A DNA stretch of 64,000 bases from Camelus ferus. Taxonomy: Eukaryota. Each line of letters starts with the position of its first letter. The stretch's first letter is position 1. This document shows positions 1 through 11,835 of this stretch, piece after piece. The DNA lies in the NCBI RefSeq assembly GCF_009834535.1, contig NC_045698.1, forward strand, positions 10,170,001-10,234,000, read 5' to 3'. The translations under genes were made by a program, and so were the position numbers. Under the pieces are notes generated by a model that made no database searches, was not told the DNA's origin, and saw only the letters and a program-made list of their open reading frames with translations.

Positions 1-1599
1 CTGGAAGCAACAGCACAGCCTTAATGTGGAACTGTAATGGTGGGAGTTGGGGAGTTTTCAGAAGTTGCTGGATTAGCCTCGTCGCTTGGGTGATCCTCCT
101 CCTGCTGTTGTGCTGTAAGTATGGGGGCTCTTGCGTTAGGCCCTGACTAGACTGTGTGAGCCTGGGTCTGGCGCTTCGGACCTCTTAACCCTCTTGATCC
201 TGCCCAGTCAAGCCCACAGTTGATTGCTGTGGACTGAACTTTGAGGGCCACCTTTGCTCATACCTGTAACCTCAGAACCCCTCTGGAATCAGGCTGTTCA
301 TCACGGAGTAAGTGGCTTGGAGCCCTGGGAAGTGCTTGACCTAACAAGAGTTAGTTTTAAAACTTACTCTTCCAGTCAGAATCAAGTCTTTGTGAATAGT
401 AGCAAGATAGTTCATTTCCAGCATATGCTTCTTCCAGTTTATTAAAAACTATGGAAAAATCTTTTCCTGAAAAGTATTTCCCCAAACCTGCAACTTAAGG
501 TGTTAAATATTCATATTTCTAGATTCCATTAAAGACAGTTGTGAGATATTTATAGAAGTAGAATCTGCCTTGGTTTTTAAAAAAATTCAGTATTCTCAAG
601 ATTCTGGATTATTAAGGCAAAATTGCTAAATATTCTTTTGAATGGTGTCTTTCTTTGGAAGGGCACAAAACTGTCTTACCTGCTTTCAAGAAAATATTAT
701 TCTTTGTTGAATGATTTAAGCCTATTAGTTCTTGGAAAATTATAACACATGCTGCCTTCAAACAATAAAACAAGTTCCAGCTTCTTTTCCTAAGAAGAGA
801 CTGTTGTTATCAGGATATTTCTACTCCTGATGTCATTCTGTGGACTGGACTTTATGGAGCAGACATCCGAGAAGCTTGCTGGGGCTGTGGCATTTTGTAT
901 TCTCTTTACATAATTTTATTCTCTTTTTTTGTTCCCTGCCCGCCTTCTTCCCTGTTACCCCAGAGGAGAAGATCTGTGGCCGGGTGCCACGTTCACTACC
1001 AGAGCTTTGCTGACCTTGAACAGAGCCTTGTCCAGTCGGTACCTTTGGTCTGACCATTCCCTTTGCTGGATCTTGGTTTCCTAAGTTAGATGAGGTGCTG
1101 CGCCCTGGCCCAGATAGGGAGGTGGGGAGAAGAGGCTGGGGTGGAGATGGAATGGGTCAAGCAGACTTGAAGGAGAGAATGTAGCCTACGTTGGGGATGC
1201 CCAAGTAAATGCTTGTGGTTTGGAGGCCCCCCTGAAGTAGCATCATTTAGGGGTCAGGGCACAGTCCTCCATTGACTAGAACAAGGGCGTGACAGTAGTG
1301 CGCTGGCCATAAGCCAGTAATTCTGACCTAGGCTTCTGCCCTCCCCAGGGTGGGAGAACCAGTCGTGGCCACAGTGTCTTCTGGGAGCCAGACGCCGTGT
1401 CCTAGGGGCTCTGCCTGTTGTGCCATTGAGTCAGGGGCCCTGCTCTCACCCCTCCCCTCACTGTGATCCCTTGGAGCCTTCATTCTGATTGTGAAGGACG
1501 CCCCTGCCCTTCTCAGGGCCCCGCCCCTCCCCAGCCTTCCCCATCCTTAGGTCTCCGCTCACTTGCTACAAGGCTTCTCTGACCCCTCAGGTTAGGAAA

Positions 1600-1815
1600 C
1601 TCCGTTTTAGACACTTCACAGGATCCTGTCCTTCGTCTTTAATTGCACTTGTCACTTGAATACGGATTGTGTTGATTATGTAGTTTATTTCAGTCTCCCC
1701 TGTAGGATGGGTATACTTCTTGGGGCAGGGAGTAAACTGAAAGTTTGTGCTTCACGTCTGGACACCCAGGCCACGTTCAGGATTACTGTGAGTGCCCGGT
1801 ACGTGTCTGCCGACT
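1600..1815 (+). mobile_element. Degenerate L2 LINE 3' end
   Basis: Diverged match to the recalled L2 3' terminus ('gtctcccctgtaggatgggtatacttcttggggcagggag ... gtgcccggtacgt'). Boundaries approximate. Confidence 0.45.
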
Positions 1816-3004
1816 ACATGGCTTACGCTTGGTACTTCCCCCTTGAGCCTGGGTTAGCCTAGAAATTGTTGGGCTGGGTCTGCAAGGAGAGACCTGCCAG
1901 CTGTAAGTTGTGGTGGGAGACATGTAATTCCAATAAGAGGAGTGTCTTAACTGAAAGGCACTGGGTTTTCAAAGGGTTCATGGTTCATAATAGAGCCATT
2001 CATCCACTATGAGAACCTCCCCTCAGTTTCAGCTTTGGTGTGGTTACTGATGTTAGATAATTACTTTCACTTCCAGCGTATGAACAAATTACCCATTTAG
2101 TGAGTTAATTTTTCTTTTCTTTTATTAAATGAGTTTTTGCTTTTTCAAAGTTAGCCAAAATTTCTCTTAACATGTTTAAAAAATTAGTATTCCTTCAAAG
2201 CTAATTGTATCCAGAAGGAAAACTTATTTCCGATCTGCTGCTTATTATGTTTTGGAGTAACTTAAGGAGATTTTGCTTCTGTTTATCATACAACAAAAGT
2301 ATAATAAGAGTTAAAATTGTACCTTAGCCATAGCAGTGCTTTAAAACTGAAACATGCTTTTATATAGGACTTCTGACACTGGATTGGTTGCAGGTAAATG
2401 CATTGCATTTTGATTGTGATACTTTGGCCAGGTCACATCCTGTAGTTTTTAAGAATGTTTGGCTGCATTGTTTGTTAATTTTGAGAATTAAGTGTAACTG
2501 CTCTGATAACAGAACCGTTTCCTGGAAGGAGGGAGGAGCTCTGAGCTGAGACGACCCATTACGTGAAGGGAGAGGTTCTTTTTATTGCTTCACTTAGTCA
2601 AATTTACTTTGAAAATAGTAATGAATTAGTTCTGCTCATTTATTAATTCTGAATAAATTGCTCATTTTTCTGAAAATATTGATTGTCTGCAGATCATAAG
2701 ACTTGCATTAAATAAAAGCAAAAACCCAGAAGTGATTGAAAATCTGGGCCCAGAAATATAGGTGGACCTAAATGGCAGTCATGCTTGCTTTGCTTTGACA
2801 GTTTCAGGAAAAAAAAGATAAAAATGAAAGTCCTGTTATCACTGTGTGAGAGTCCCATATAATGCCAGCCTAACCAACATTTCTAGACTATTCTTAGGCC
2901 CTTTTCACAAGTTGAAGTAATTTTAACTATCAGTGTCTTCTGCTGTGAATACCAGTATATTCATTTCAGTCATTTATGATTTTATTTATGACTTTATTCA
3001 TAAT

Positions 3005-3100
3005 TCTAAAGAACTACCCAGTCAACCCATAGAGTCATGAGAAATAAGAAGTTGTTGTTTTGAGCCACTAAGTTTTGGGTGGATTGCTATACAGTAGATC
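3005..3100 (+). mobile_element. MaLR (MLT1-type) LTR 3' fragment
   Basis: 'cccatagagtcatgagaaataagaagttgttgttttgagccactaagttttgggtggattgctatacag' resembles the characteristic MLT1 3' end (ttgttttaagccactaagttttggggtggtttgttatgcagc). Confidence 0.7.
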
Positions 3101-4744
3101 CTTGATATTCCAGGTATAGTCATCACTTAAAAAAAGAAATGGAGTAACCAGGTTTCTGTATTCTACTCACCTATGCATGGCACTGAATAATTTACTTGCT
3201 TCCCAAATTCTACTCTTTTCTGAAAGAATAACAGTTTACTGCATTAAGAATCTTCCAGAGAATGTGCCACCTGCTTTGTGGGCAATTTGAAAAGAGAGCT
3301 TCCAGATGACTGTGCATCTCTAGAGTGTGTGTTGGAGTAAGTCTGTAGCATCCCAAGGTGATTACTTAGAGGATTCACTTTGACATCTTTGTTAAAAGTA
3401 AAGAAAAAGAAAAAGAAAAATAAACAGCTTTATTCCTTATTTCCAGACGCATTCCCCCCTCAAGGACTGCAAAAGCCTTACAGACACCGTCTTAGTCCTG
3501 GTGGTTTTCTTCAGAATCTGATTAGGGAGGTGATACTTGGCAGAACATGTTTTCTGGTCGGCTCTTTCTGGCTTTGTACTTAATAATGGAATAATATTAT
3601 GAAGACAAAGATCTTATCTTCAAATTACCTCTTTATAGTCTTAGTAAAAAAAAAAAAGGTAATAAATTCTGAGAAGCAGTCTCCCTTACCATTCTGTTAA
3701 CCACCCAGCATGCCTCTCAGTGTCCTCAAGAATGTGCATGAGTCTTGGGGGACACTGTGAGCCACCCTCTCAAGGAGAGTCTGCATGTCCCTGTCCCCTG
3801 TGTAGGACGGACTCCGGGCAAGTGGGGCAGGTGCGGGCTGCTGGCTGTTGAGAAGTGCAAGGAGCGGACAGAATTCAGGGAGGAAAGCAAGCTCTAGCTG
3901 ATTGTACCGTAAAACAGATAGTTCCCCCGCCCCCTTTATTATTTGATTATTGTTCCGTCGCACCTCAGAAGACATATGATACTTTTAAGTAAAAGCAACA
4001 CTTGGAGGAAGAGCTGCAGCTTACTCTCTGGAGTCTTCAAGGGTGTCTTGAATGCTTCTGGACCTTGATGAAAGGGCGAAAAACTGTCAGTGGATGCTTT
4101 AAGTTTTTCTAAACCTTGATAAATGTACTAGAACCGGCTGGTAGCTATAGACTTTTAAAAATGGCTTGTGCTTGTTATTTCTTGGGAAACTCTTGTTTGG
4201 AATCATATGTCTTGTTTGAAGCCAAAAAAGTGTTATCGGTGACGGTGCTCCTGTGAGATCTTGCCTTGACCTTGCACAACGAAAGATTGATTTTGAAAAC
4301 CTGTCTGTCTGTTCACCGCATAGGCAGTTTGGGAGCCGAGTGCAGGGAGGGAGGGGGACAGGGTCTTGGGGGTGCATGAGAGGAAGGGGTGCCGCTTCCT
4401 ACCCGGTCGGTGGACACAGAGGAGTGTGACTTCCCTCCTTCCTCTGCCAGGTCATCCTTGTCCTTAGGATGGCTGGCAGCTTAGCCGGAAGCAAGGTCCT
4501 GGCCCCTCTGGGCTGCTGGAGGTGGACAGTCATTGTATGGTCAGCATGGGCTCATGTCATATAGGAAAGTGCCCTCAAGTACAGGGAAAACTATCTTAAT
4601 AAATAGAGATCTGGAGAAACACACGGTAGAGTGTCATTTCAGACAAAAGATTTGGGGAAGAGGCTGTCTGAAACAAGACCATTATGGTGAGCAGGTCACC
4701 CATCAAAATGTCATTCTGATTTGCAGACAGAGGTAGAGTAAGGG

Positions 4745-4945
4745 CCACGGTGTAGTGTGGAGAGTTACCCCGACAGTGGATGCTTGAGGGGTGGCTCTGA
4801 CCGGGGGCGACTTACTCACCTCTCTGTACAGTGGGGGCAGGGATGGTCCTCACTCAGAGGTCCGTTGTGGTGACTGAGTCACTTAGTACTGTGAAGTGCC
4901 TAGAACAGGCCCTGACACCCCACAGGCGTTGCACGCGTTTCCTTA
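4745..4945 (+). mobile_element. MIR SINE
   Basis: MIR layout: 'ggtgtagtgtggagag ... ggcgacttactcacctctctgt ... gttgtggtgactgagtcacttagtactgtgaagtgcctagaacaggccctgacac'. Confidence 0.6.
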
Positions 4946-6334
4946 ATAACAGTTGTCAGGAGTTCCGTTAGGCTTGCTAGAATCCTGCCATCATCCCCCC
5001 TTAAACGCCTGCACACCCAGCCTTCCCTGCTGTGACCTCCCACGGCTGCGACAGAGACACATGGCAGCATTTGTGGTGTAAAGGGAAGTGCCCAGGGATT
5101 AAGGAGGGTACAGGATTTTGTTGTCCCAAATGACCAACTATTGCCAAAAAAATCCAAAGAACATTGTTGTGTGAGCCACAGCTGCAGGAAGTGTCTGCTG
5201 GGGCTGAGCTCTGAGTAGGTGGGGTTGACTGAGCGCGTCCATCACATGCCTCCTTAGCTGTTCTTCTGTGGGTTGGAAATTCTTTGGAAAGTAGAACTTG
5301 TTATCCAGAGAAACAGGAATTAAAAATTCATCAGCACAATGAAGTGGCTACTGTTTCATTCAGGAGTACTCAGCAGTGCGCAGTGATAGTTCCTCAGCAT
5401 TTGAAGTTAGCTGACAATTGAATATCCTGTTCATTACATTCAGTTCAAAATGAAGATCTGTTCTTGTTTCCGAAGTTCGTTGGCCAAGGATAGGAGGATA
5501 AAAGCTTCCGGCAAAAATAGGAATCTTTCAGTTGTAGTTGTTTAAATTTAATTCACAAAGAACTGCATACCACACTCCACGATAACTCATTAATTTTTAT
5601 TGTCTGGCCACATAGGTGTTAAAAACACAATGTATAAGAATTACTAGCGTTTTAGAATATACTGACTTTTTGTTTTACACTGTACTCTTTGGAAAAAGAA
5701 GCTTCTTTTAAAAAATTAAACACATTGCTCAGTTCATCCAGATTTTTGTTACAGTCTTGAGAACTTTGCATTCTCTTCAGTGAACTTGTAGCCAGGCCTT
5801 CCAGATGTTTCATGTCTCCAGAAGTTTAACTCAGCTCTTTTTCTAACCATGAGGCTGTCCGAGGTCTCAGCAGCCCCTGTGCCTAATGGCCTCCTGACCT
5901 CCAGGATGTCTCTGGCCACCACTTCTGTTCTTGACTGCACAGGACCTTCAGTGGCTGCTTGCTCCTGAAAGCTGTCATTCTGTTTTGATGACATCTTCAT
6001 GTAACTTTTGCACAACTTAGGTACTTGTTCATTGTTTGGGTGAGACGGAGCCTGCAGTTTGGCGTGTAGCATTTTGAAACCACTTTATTATTGTTATTCC
6101 TAAGTCCTGCCAAAAATGAAGAAAGTAAAACTCGCTAAAATGTAAGTATCTGTCTGCTGTTTTGGTTTATATTTCCGTTTAGGCGTTCTCTTTAGGCGTT
6201 CCCTTTCTATTTAGGTTTGTATGCATTTAACTATATAGAAGCATATATAATCATATTTTGTGTATTTTTTAAAGGGGCCATTTCATAATACAATTTTATT
6301 ACTGGTTTTTTCTCCACCAAGGAACAAGCTGTGG

Positions 6335-7455
6335 AAAGACATCAAACTAAACATAAAAGTAAAACTATAAAACTTCTAGAAGACATAAGGGAACATCTTT
6401 GTGATTTTTGGATTAAGCAAGATTCCTTAAATGAGACAAAAACATGAACAGCAAAAGAAAAAGTTGATAAATTGAATGTCAAATTAAAAAAAAAAACTTT
6501 GCTTTTTAACATAATGCCATTAAGAAAATGAAAATACAAGCCACAGATCAGGAGAAAAATACTTGTAAGTCAAATATCCCGTAAAGGATTTGATTATATG
6601 AAGAACGTTTACAACTCAATAATAAGAAAATAAACAACTAAGTTAAAAGATGAGCAGAAGATTTGAATAGACACTTCAGCAAATAGGTTATATTAACAGC
6701 AAATAAACACATGGGAAATGGGCAGTATCCTTAGTCACTAGGAAAGTGCGAATTTAAACCACAGCGAAATAGTGCTACCCCCCCTTCTACAATGGCTGTA
6801 ATGAAAAGATCGACACTGCCAAGTGGTGGTGAGGATGTGGAGAAACTAGAACCCTCATAAACTGCTGGTGGGAATATAAAATTATACAGTTGCTTTGGGA
6901 AAGAGTTTGCAGTTTTGTAAAAAGTTAAACACACGCTTACTTTGTGAACCAGCAATTCCACTTCCAGGTGTCTGTCTCAAGAGAAATAAAAACATGTTCA
7001 TGCAAAGACGTTTACACAAATGCTCATGAGCTTTATTCCCAATAGACTGACTGAAACAGCCTGAACGCCTATCCCCTGGTGAATGGAGAAACACGAAGCG
7101 GTATTTATCATGTCCGTGCCGGGCAATGCAGCAGTAAGGAGCAGACTTCAGACACATGCTGCAAAGAGGATGACCCTCAAAGAGCAGCATGCTGAGAGCA
7201 AGAGCCAGACCCTACACAGTCCGTAGTGTATGATTTCATTTAAATGAAACTTCTAGAAAAGGTGTAGAACTATAAATATTGAAAGCGGATCAGCAGTTGC
7301 CTTGGCCTAGGGGTAGGAGAGAGGATTACCTGCGGAGAGGCCCAAGGGAAGTTTTGGAGTGATGCAAACATTCTAAAATGGATGGTTATGGTGGCTGCAC
7401 ACTGTACATTTACTGAAACTCATTGAGCAGTCCACTTAAAATGGGTAAATATTTT
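6335..7455 (+). mobile_element. Old L1 (L1M-class) ORF2 3' end plus 3' UTR, degenerate
   Basis: Typical L1 segments: 'aaaactataaaacttctagaagacataagggaacatcttt', 'gaggatgtggagaaactagaaccctcataaactgctggtgggaatataaaat', 'ccagcaattccacttccaggt', ending 'cacttaaaatgggtaaat'. No intact ORF2. Confidence 0.9.
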
Positions 7456-7524
7456 TAAAAATGGTGCAATCAAAATTTATCTGACAGATTGCAATTCACA
7501 AAACCCTTTGCCAGTTGCCGTTTC

Positions 7525-7665
7525 ATGCAGTTCTAGGAGGTAGATGATACACTCATTTTCTAGAAGAGGAGACTGAGGACCAATGATAGTGAATTATTTT
7601 CAGATCTCAGAGCCAGTAACCTGGCACACCAGGTGGCCACATTCAGGTGTTCTGTCCAGAGGACC
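7525..7665 (-). mobile_element. MIR SINE fragment
   Basis: Reverse MIR core 'ctcattttctagaagaggagactgagg ... cagatctcagagccagtaa'. Confidence 0.55.
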
Positions 7666-7789
7666 CTGTCTGCTAAAATGAGTGAGTTTTATGATATATA
7701 CATTTCACTTCACTAAAATACATCGTGACGTGTTTTAAAGAATATATCATGAACACCTTTCTATGTCAGGGACTGTTGTGCCAGCACTT

Positions 7790-8150
7790 CTTTAAAATTG
7801 ATGTTGGGACATTTCAGACAAGCATAAAAATAAAGTTGGTCATGGCCATCCATGTACTCATCATGGGGCTCCAGCAATCATTTCATGGTCTGTCTTGTTT
7901 CATCTCTGTTCACTACCACCTGGATCACTTTGATGCAGGTCCCCGTCATTAATTCTGTCATTTCTTCTGTGAATACTTCAGTGTATTATCATCATTTGTA
8001 AATGATCGCTCACTATTCCATGTCTTGTACTGTAATGTGTTAAACCGGTTGTGGATCGTGGGTCATTTACATATTGCTTTGGTAGGTGGTGGTACAACAG
8101 TCTTCGCGCCTGTTCTCCAGCACAGCTGTCTTGTAATTGAACTTCATGGC
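7790..8150 (-). mobile_element. Old L1 (L1MC/L1ME-like) 3' UTR fragments
   Basis: 'ggacatttcagacaagcataaaaataaag ... catccatgtactcatcat ... gaatacttcagtgtatta' and 'tattccatgtcttgtactgtaatgtgttaaaccggtt' resemble antisense old L1 3' ends. Confidence 0.5.
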
Positions 8151-9696
8151 TTTAGAAGAACTCTGTGTTGCTTGAGGGATTGTATGGAAGAGCCAGCTTT
8201 TCCCTCAATACTTTAAAGGGAATTTTTAAAAGGCTGGACAAAGTTCACAGTAAAGTAGCCCTTAGGTAGTCCAGGAATGTGTGCATGATGAAATAGTCCA
8301 ACTATTTCACTTTCTTTTGTTTGTAGTTTTTTCCTTGGAAACAAAGACATTATGATACTCATGCTCTTCCCCCTCCCCCACCCTGTGCTCCCTCCCTTTT
8401 TTGCTTGTGTTTGTGATTAAATGTCTTATGAGCAAAGTTGTGAGTTTTATAGTGAAGATCCTTAAGAAAATACCTTGTCATACTTCCAGGCAGTACTTTA
8501 AGGTTGCTCATCTTTTAAGTTGTCAGGAAATGTTATGAGCCTCAGGTTTAGGGAGAGAGGAGCCCAGGAGAGGAGGAGCATTGTTGTGCTCCCAGCAGAT
8601 GGTCCTGCCGGTGCTGGCTTATCTCTCCAGCCCAGGATGGAGCACCCCGTGTCGATGGGGGAGCCTGGCCAGGTGAGTGAGCAGATGATCCCAGGCTGTT
8701 GGGCTCATGGGGTGTGGGCATCCAAGTAGGGGCTGGCAAACCCTTTCCTTGAATTTTGAAGGAAGGATCAGAAGTTAAATGACGGGCTGATTCTGTATAG
8801 AAGGTCGGAAGCATGAGATGTCATCATCATCGTTGAAAGAAACCAGGCATCACTTCTGAGTACAATATTTTGTCTCACTTCCTCATTTACAGACGGAGGA
8901 ACGGAATCTAGGGAGGTTGGGCTTCCTGAGGCCACATACGTAATCGTAGAATTGCCCCTGACCTGAACGGGGGTGGCCTGGTTTCCCACAGTGCCCCGCC
9001 CCTGGCTGCGGCCTCCTTGTTGACCACGTGCATTGCACCTCGGATGCTGTCTGGACGTCCTGTGACTTAGGCTCGCGTTGGTCGGAGCCACGAGAGGCCT
9101 CACTTTCCCAGGCTTGTGGAGATAGTTGAGAGGAGGTCATGTTGTAGTATTTGTTTCTTTTCATTCTCCTTTCAAGTACTTTTTGAAACAATGTTTTCTT
9201 GTTTCATAATTGTTTGGGAGGAAAACCACGGAAAGGAAAGAGTCAAAATTTTATTTCAACGTGAACCATAGACATTACCACCCTCCCCTTTTCATCAGTT
9301 ATTATTGATATGATTTTAAAGTGTCAGCTTACTCTGTTTAGCCTTATTTATTGTTCAGTAGTTCTAAATTAAAGTTAAAATTTGAAGTCAGCAGAAATGA
9401 GATGGACATCAAAGAATGATGGACCCACAAAAGCGACGCGCGTGCAGGAGGCTCCCCGCTCTCACTCAGTCCTTCCGCGAACCCCTTTCTGTCCTTAGCC
9501 GTTTTCCTGCTTCTCATGATGTCCTTTTCCTTTCCCTTCTTGCCACCCTTCCCGCGCCTGCCCTTGTCAGTTCATCATAAGCCTGCAGGCCAAATCTTGG
9601 ATCTGTTCCCTTGACACTTTGAGGAAATGCTCAAGTGTCCTGGCGGCCACTGGAAGCCAATAAGGGAACAGGTGGAGCTTTTGAGGATTCCCCATA

Positions 9697-10021
9697 CAGT
9701 GACCTTTGAACAACACGGGTTTGAACTTTGTGGGTCCACTTATGCACAGATTCTTTTCAATAAATATAGCACCTGCATTTTCACTTTACAGATCTTCAGA
9801 TTGAGTATGGGGGGTTGTTTGTGTTGGATTAGAGATCACAATATGTGGAATCAAAAGAACTAGGGTTTGAGTCCTGATTCTGCCCAGACTGTCTGAGATT
9901 CCTGCTTTTGGGTGAGTCCTTAGTCAGTTCCTTTGTTTTCACAGCAGAGATGGCAGTACGTGGATTTCTGACGGCACAGGGGTCGGTGCCCCTAACCGCT
10001 GCATTGTAGAAGGGTCAACTG
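9697..10021. mobile_element. Tigger2-derived non-autonomous DNA transposon (TcMar-Tigger MITE)
   Basis: TIRs CAGTGACCTTTGAACAACACGGG ... CCGCTGCATTGTAGAAGGGTCAACTG match the Tigger2 termini. TA at 9695-9696 and CA (likely mutated TA) at 10022-10023. Confidence 0.8.
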
Positions 10022-11759
10022 CAATGCAAAAAATGAAAAGTCACATTAATGTTATTTTCTGACCTTTGACTTTATCTCCGAACTTTCCGATGAGAACTTA
10101 CAGGTTACAGTTAGACCAATAATTCATGCTTGTAACAACTACCAAAATAATTTCCTCAAAAGGGAAAGAATCAAAGAGATGGATGTTTACTGGCTTAAAA
10201 AGCACCATCACCTCAAAGATTTGCTGCAGAAAGTTCAGATATTACTGCAAAATGTTTAATGTGAATAGTTAATAATGTAAACCTGTTTATAAACATACCT
10301 GGTATAAAGCCCATATTCTGAAATGGTTTACTAACTTTAAATGTACTAGCAACATAAACAGTCATTATGATTGTAAACTTACCCCTACTGTGAATTAACC
10401 TATAACATACTCGCACAATAATTTAAAATTTGAAACAGTGGAATATTTTGTCATGTGACTGAAAGGTTAACCTACCAGAACAAGCATTTACCAGCTGAAG
10501 TATATATAGGACTTCCCTTTGCAAACTCTGGTAAGTTCCTTTTTGTTTGTAAATTTAAAATCTCTTTAGAAATGAAAAGTCTTGTAGTCACATATGTCCT
10601 TTCTGGACTAGATAGATCTGAATACAAAAATTATTGTAAGTTTCTTAAATAATATGTGTTTAAGAAATAGAATATGGAATTTTTTTTTAGTATTTTGATC
10701 AAATCAGTACTATGAGGGAAAAAAAACCCTAGATGGAATTAAAAGTATAAAAAGAAATATAACAAATGAAAGTGAAGTAATGGCTAAAATGTATTAGTTA
10801 TTGTAGAGTGCAGAGAAGGGAAAGAGAAATAGGTATGGACCAGTTCCATCCTTTCAAGGACCAACAGGCAGGTTTCTGAGGGCCTGGAAGATTCCTGTTC
10901 ATCCAGGTTGGCCCAGGGCCCCTGTTGATTGGTGTGTGGGCTTGTGGTCCCTCAGAAAAGTCACACCCCACCCAGCAGAGTGGACCAGCTTCTGAACCTT
11001 CAGAGCACCCCAGACAGCTTGGAGCTTCCCAGTTATCTGACTTGACTAAATTCTAAGAGATAATTTTATCCTTAGACATCTTTTCGCTTAAATAAAGGTC
11101 TCAGTCAATACATGGTTTGTTGAATGCTAGGTCTAGGGTGTCCGTGTGTGCAGAGAAGACTGGGACATGATTCCTGGAAGTAAAACAGAATTATCTTGAA
11201 ACACACAGAGACACTGTTGATACCTTTTCCTCTACTGTCAGAGTTTAAATAATGCAGCATTATTTCTGTAAGAAGCAGCTTGATTTTATCAGTAAAGTCC
11301 TTAATCCATGACCAGGAAAAATGAGGGGAAAATAACCCCCTTTCCTTCTAATTGGCTACAACCTTTGGTCCTTCAGATGTATTCTCTCTGACATAATCCA
11401 GCATTCGAATGAGGAATGCACAGAAACCACTTACAGAAGAGGAACACTGATTTTTTTGAATAGAAGATTTAAGTTTTAAAATAGAATATTAGAATTTTAA
11501 ATAGCTGAAAAAAATAAAAGCAGTTTTGAATTGCTTGTTTTAAATGATGATTTGCTTGCTACGTGTACTCTTATTTTTGTGTACTTGTAATCCCACTTTA
11601 TGTGTAAATATAAGAGGTGACATTTGTTCTTAAAATTATTAAAAAAAAATTCACCTTGTCCCTGGGTTTGGCGTCCTCCTACCTTCATCTCGAAAGGAGC
11701 AACTGCTTTTTGTGAGAGCTTGTGTCAGAGCTGTGAGCGTCTCTAAGGACAAGTCCTTT

Positions 11760-11835
11760 CAGCACTGACTCAGAAGGCACCGGCTTGGTAGCACACCTGC
11801 TTGTGCGCATGCTCAGACATGCGCGTGCGCGCACT
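11760..11835. promoter_or_regulatory. Candidate enhancer or alternative promoter with AP-1 and NRF1-like motifs
   Basis: TGACTCA at about 11766, TGCGCATGCTCA and CATGCGCGTGCGCGCA nearby, with CpG retention in an otherwise CpG-poor region. Confidence 0.4.

Noticed and set aside
6342..7190. Several minus-strand ORFs
   Set aside because: They are antisense readings of a decayed L1.
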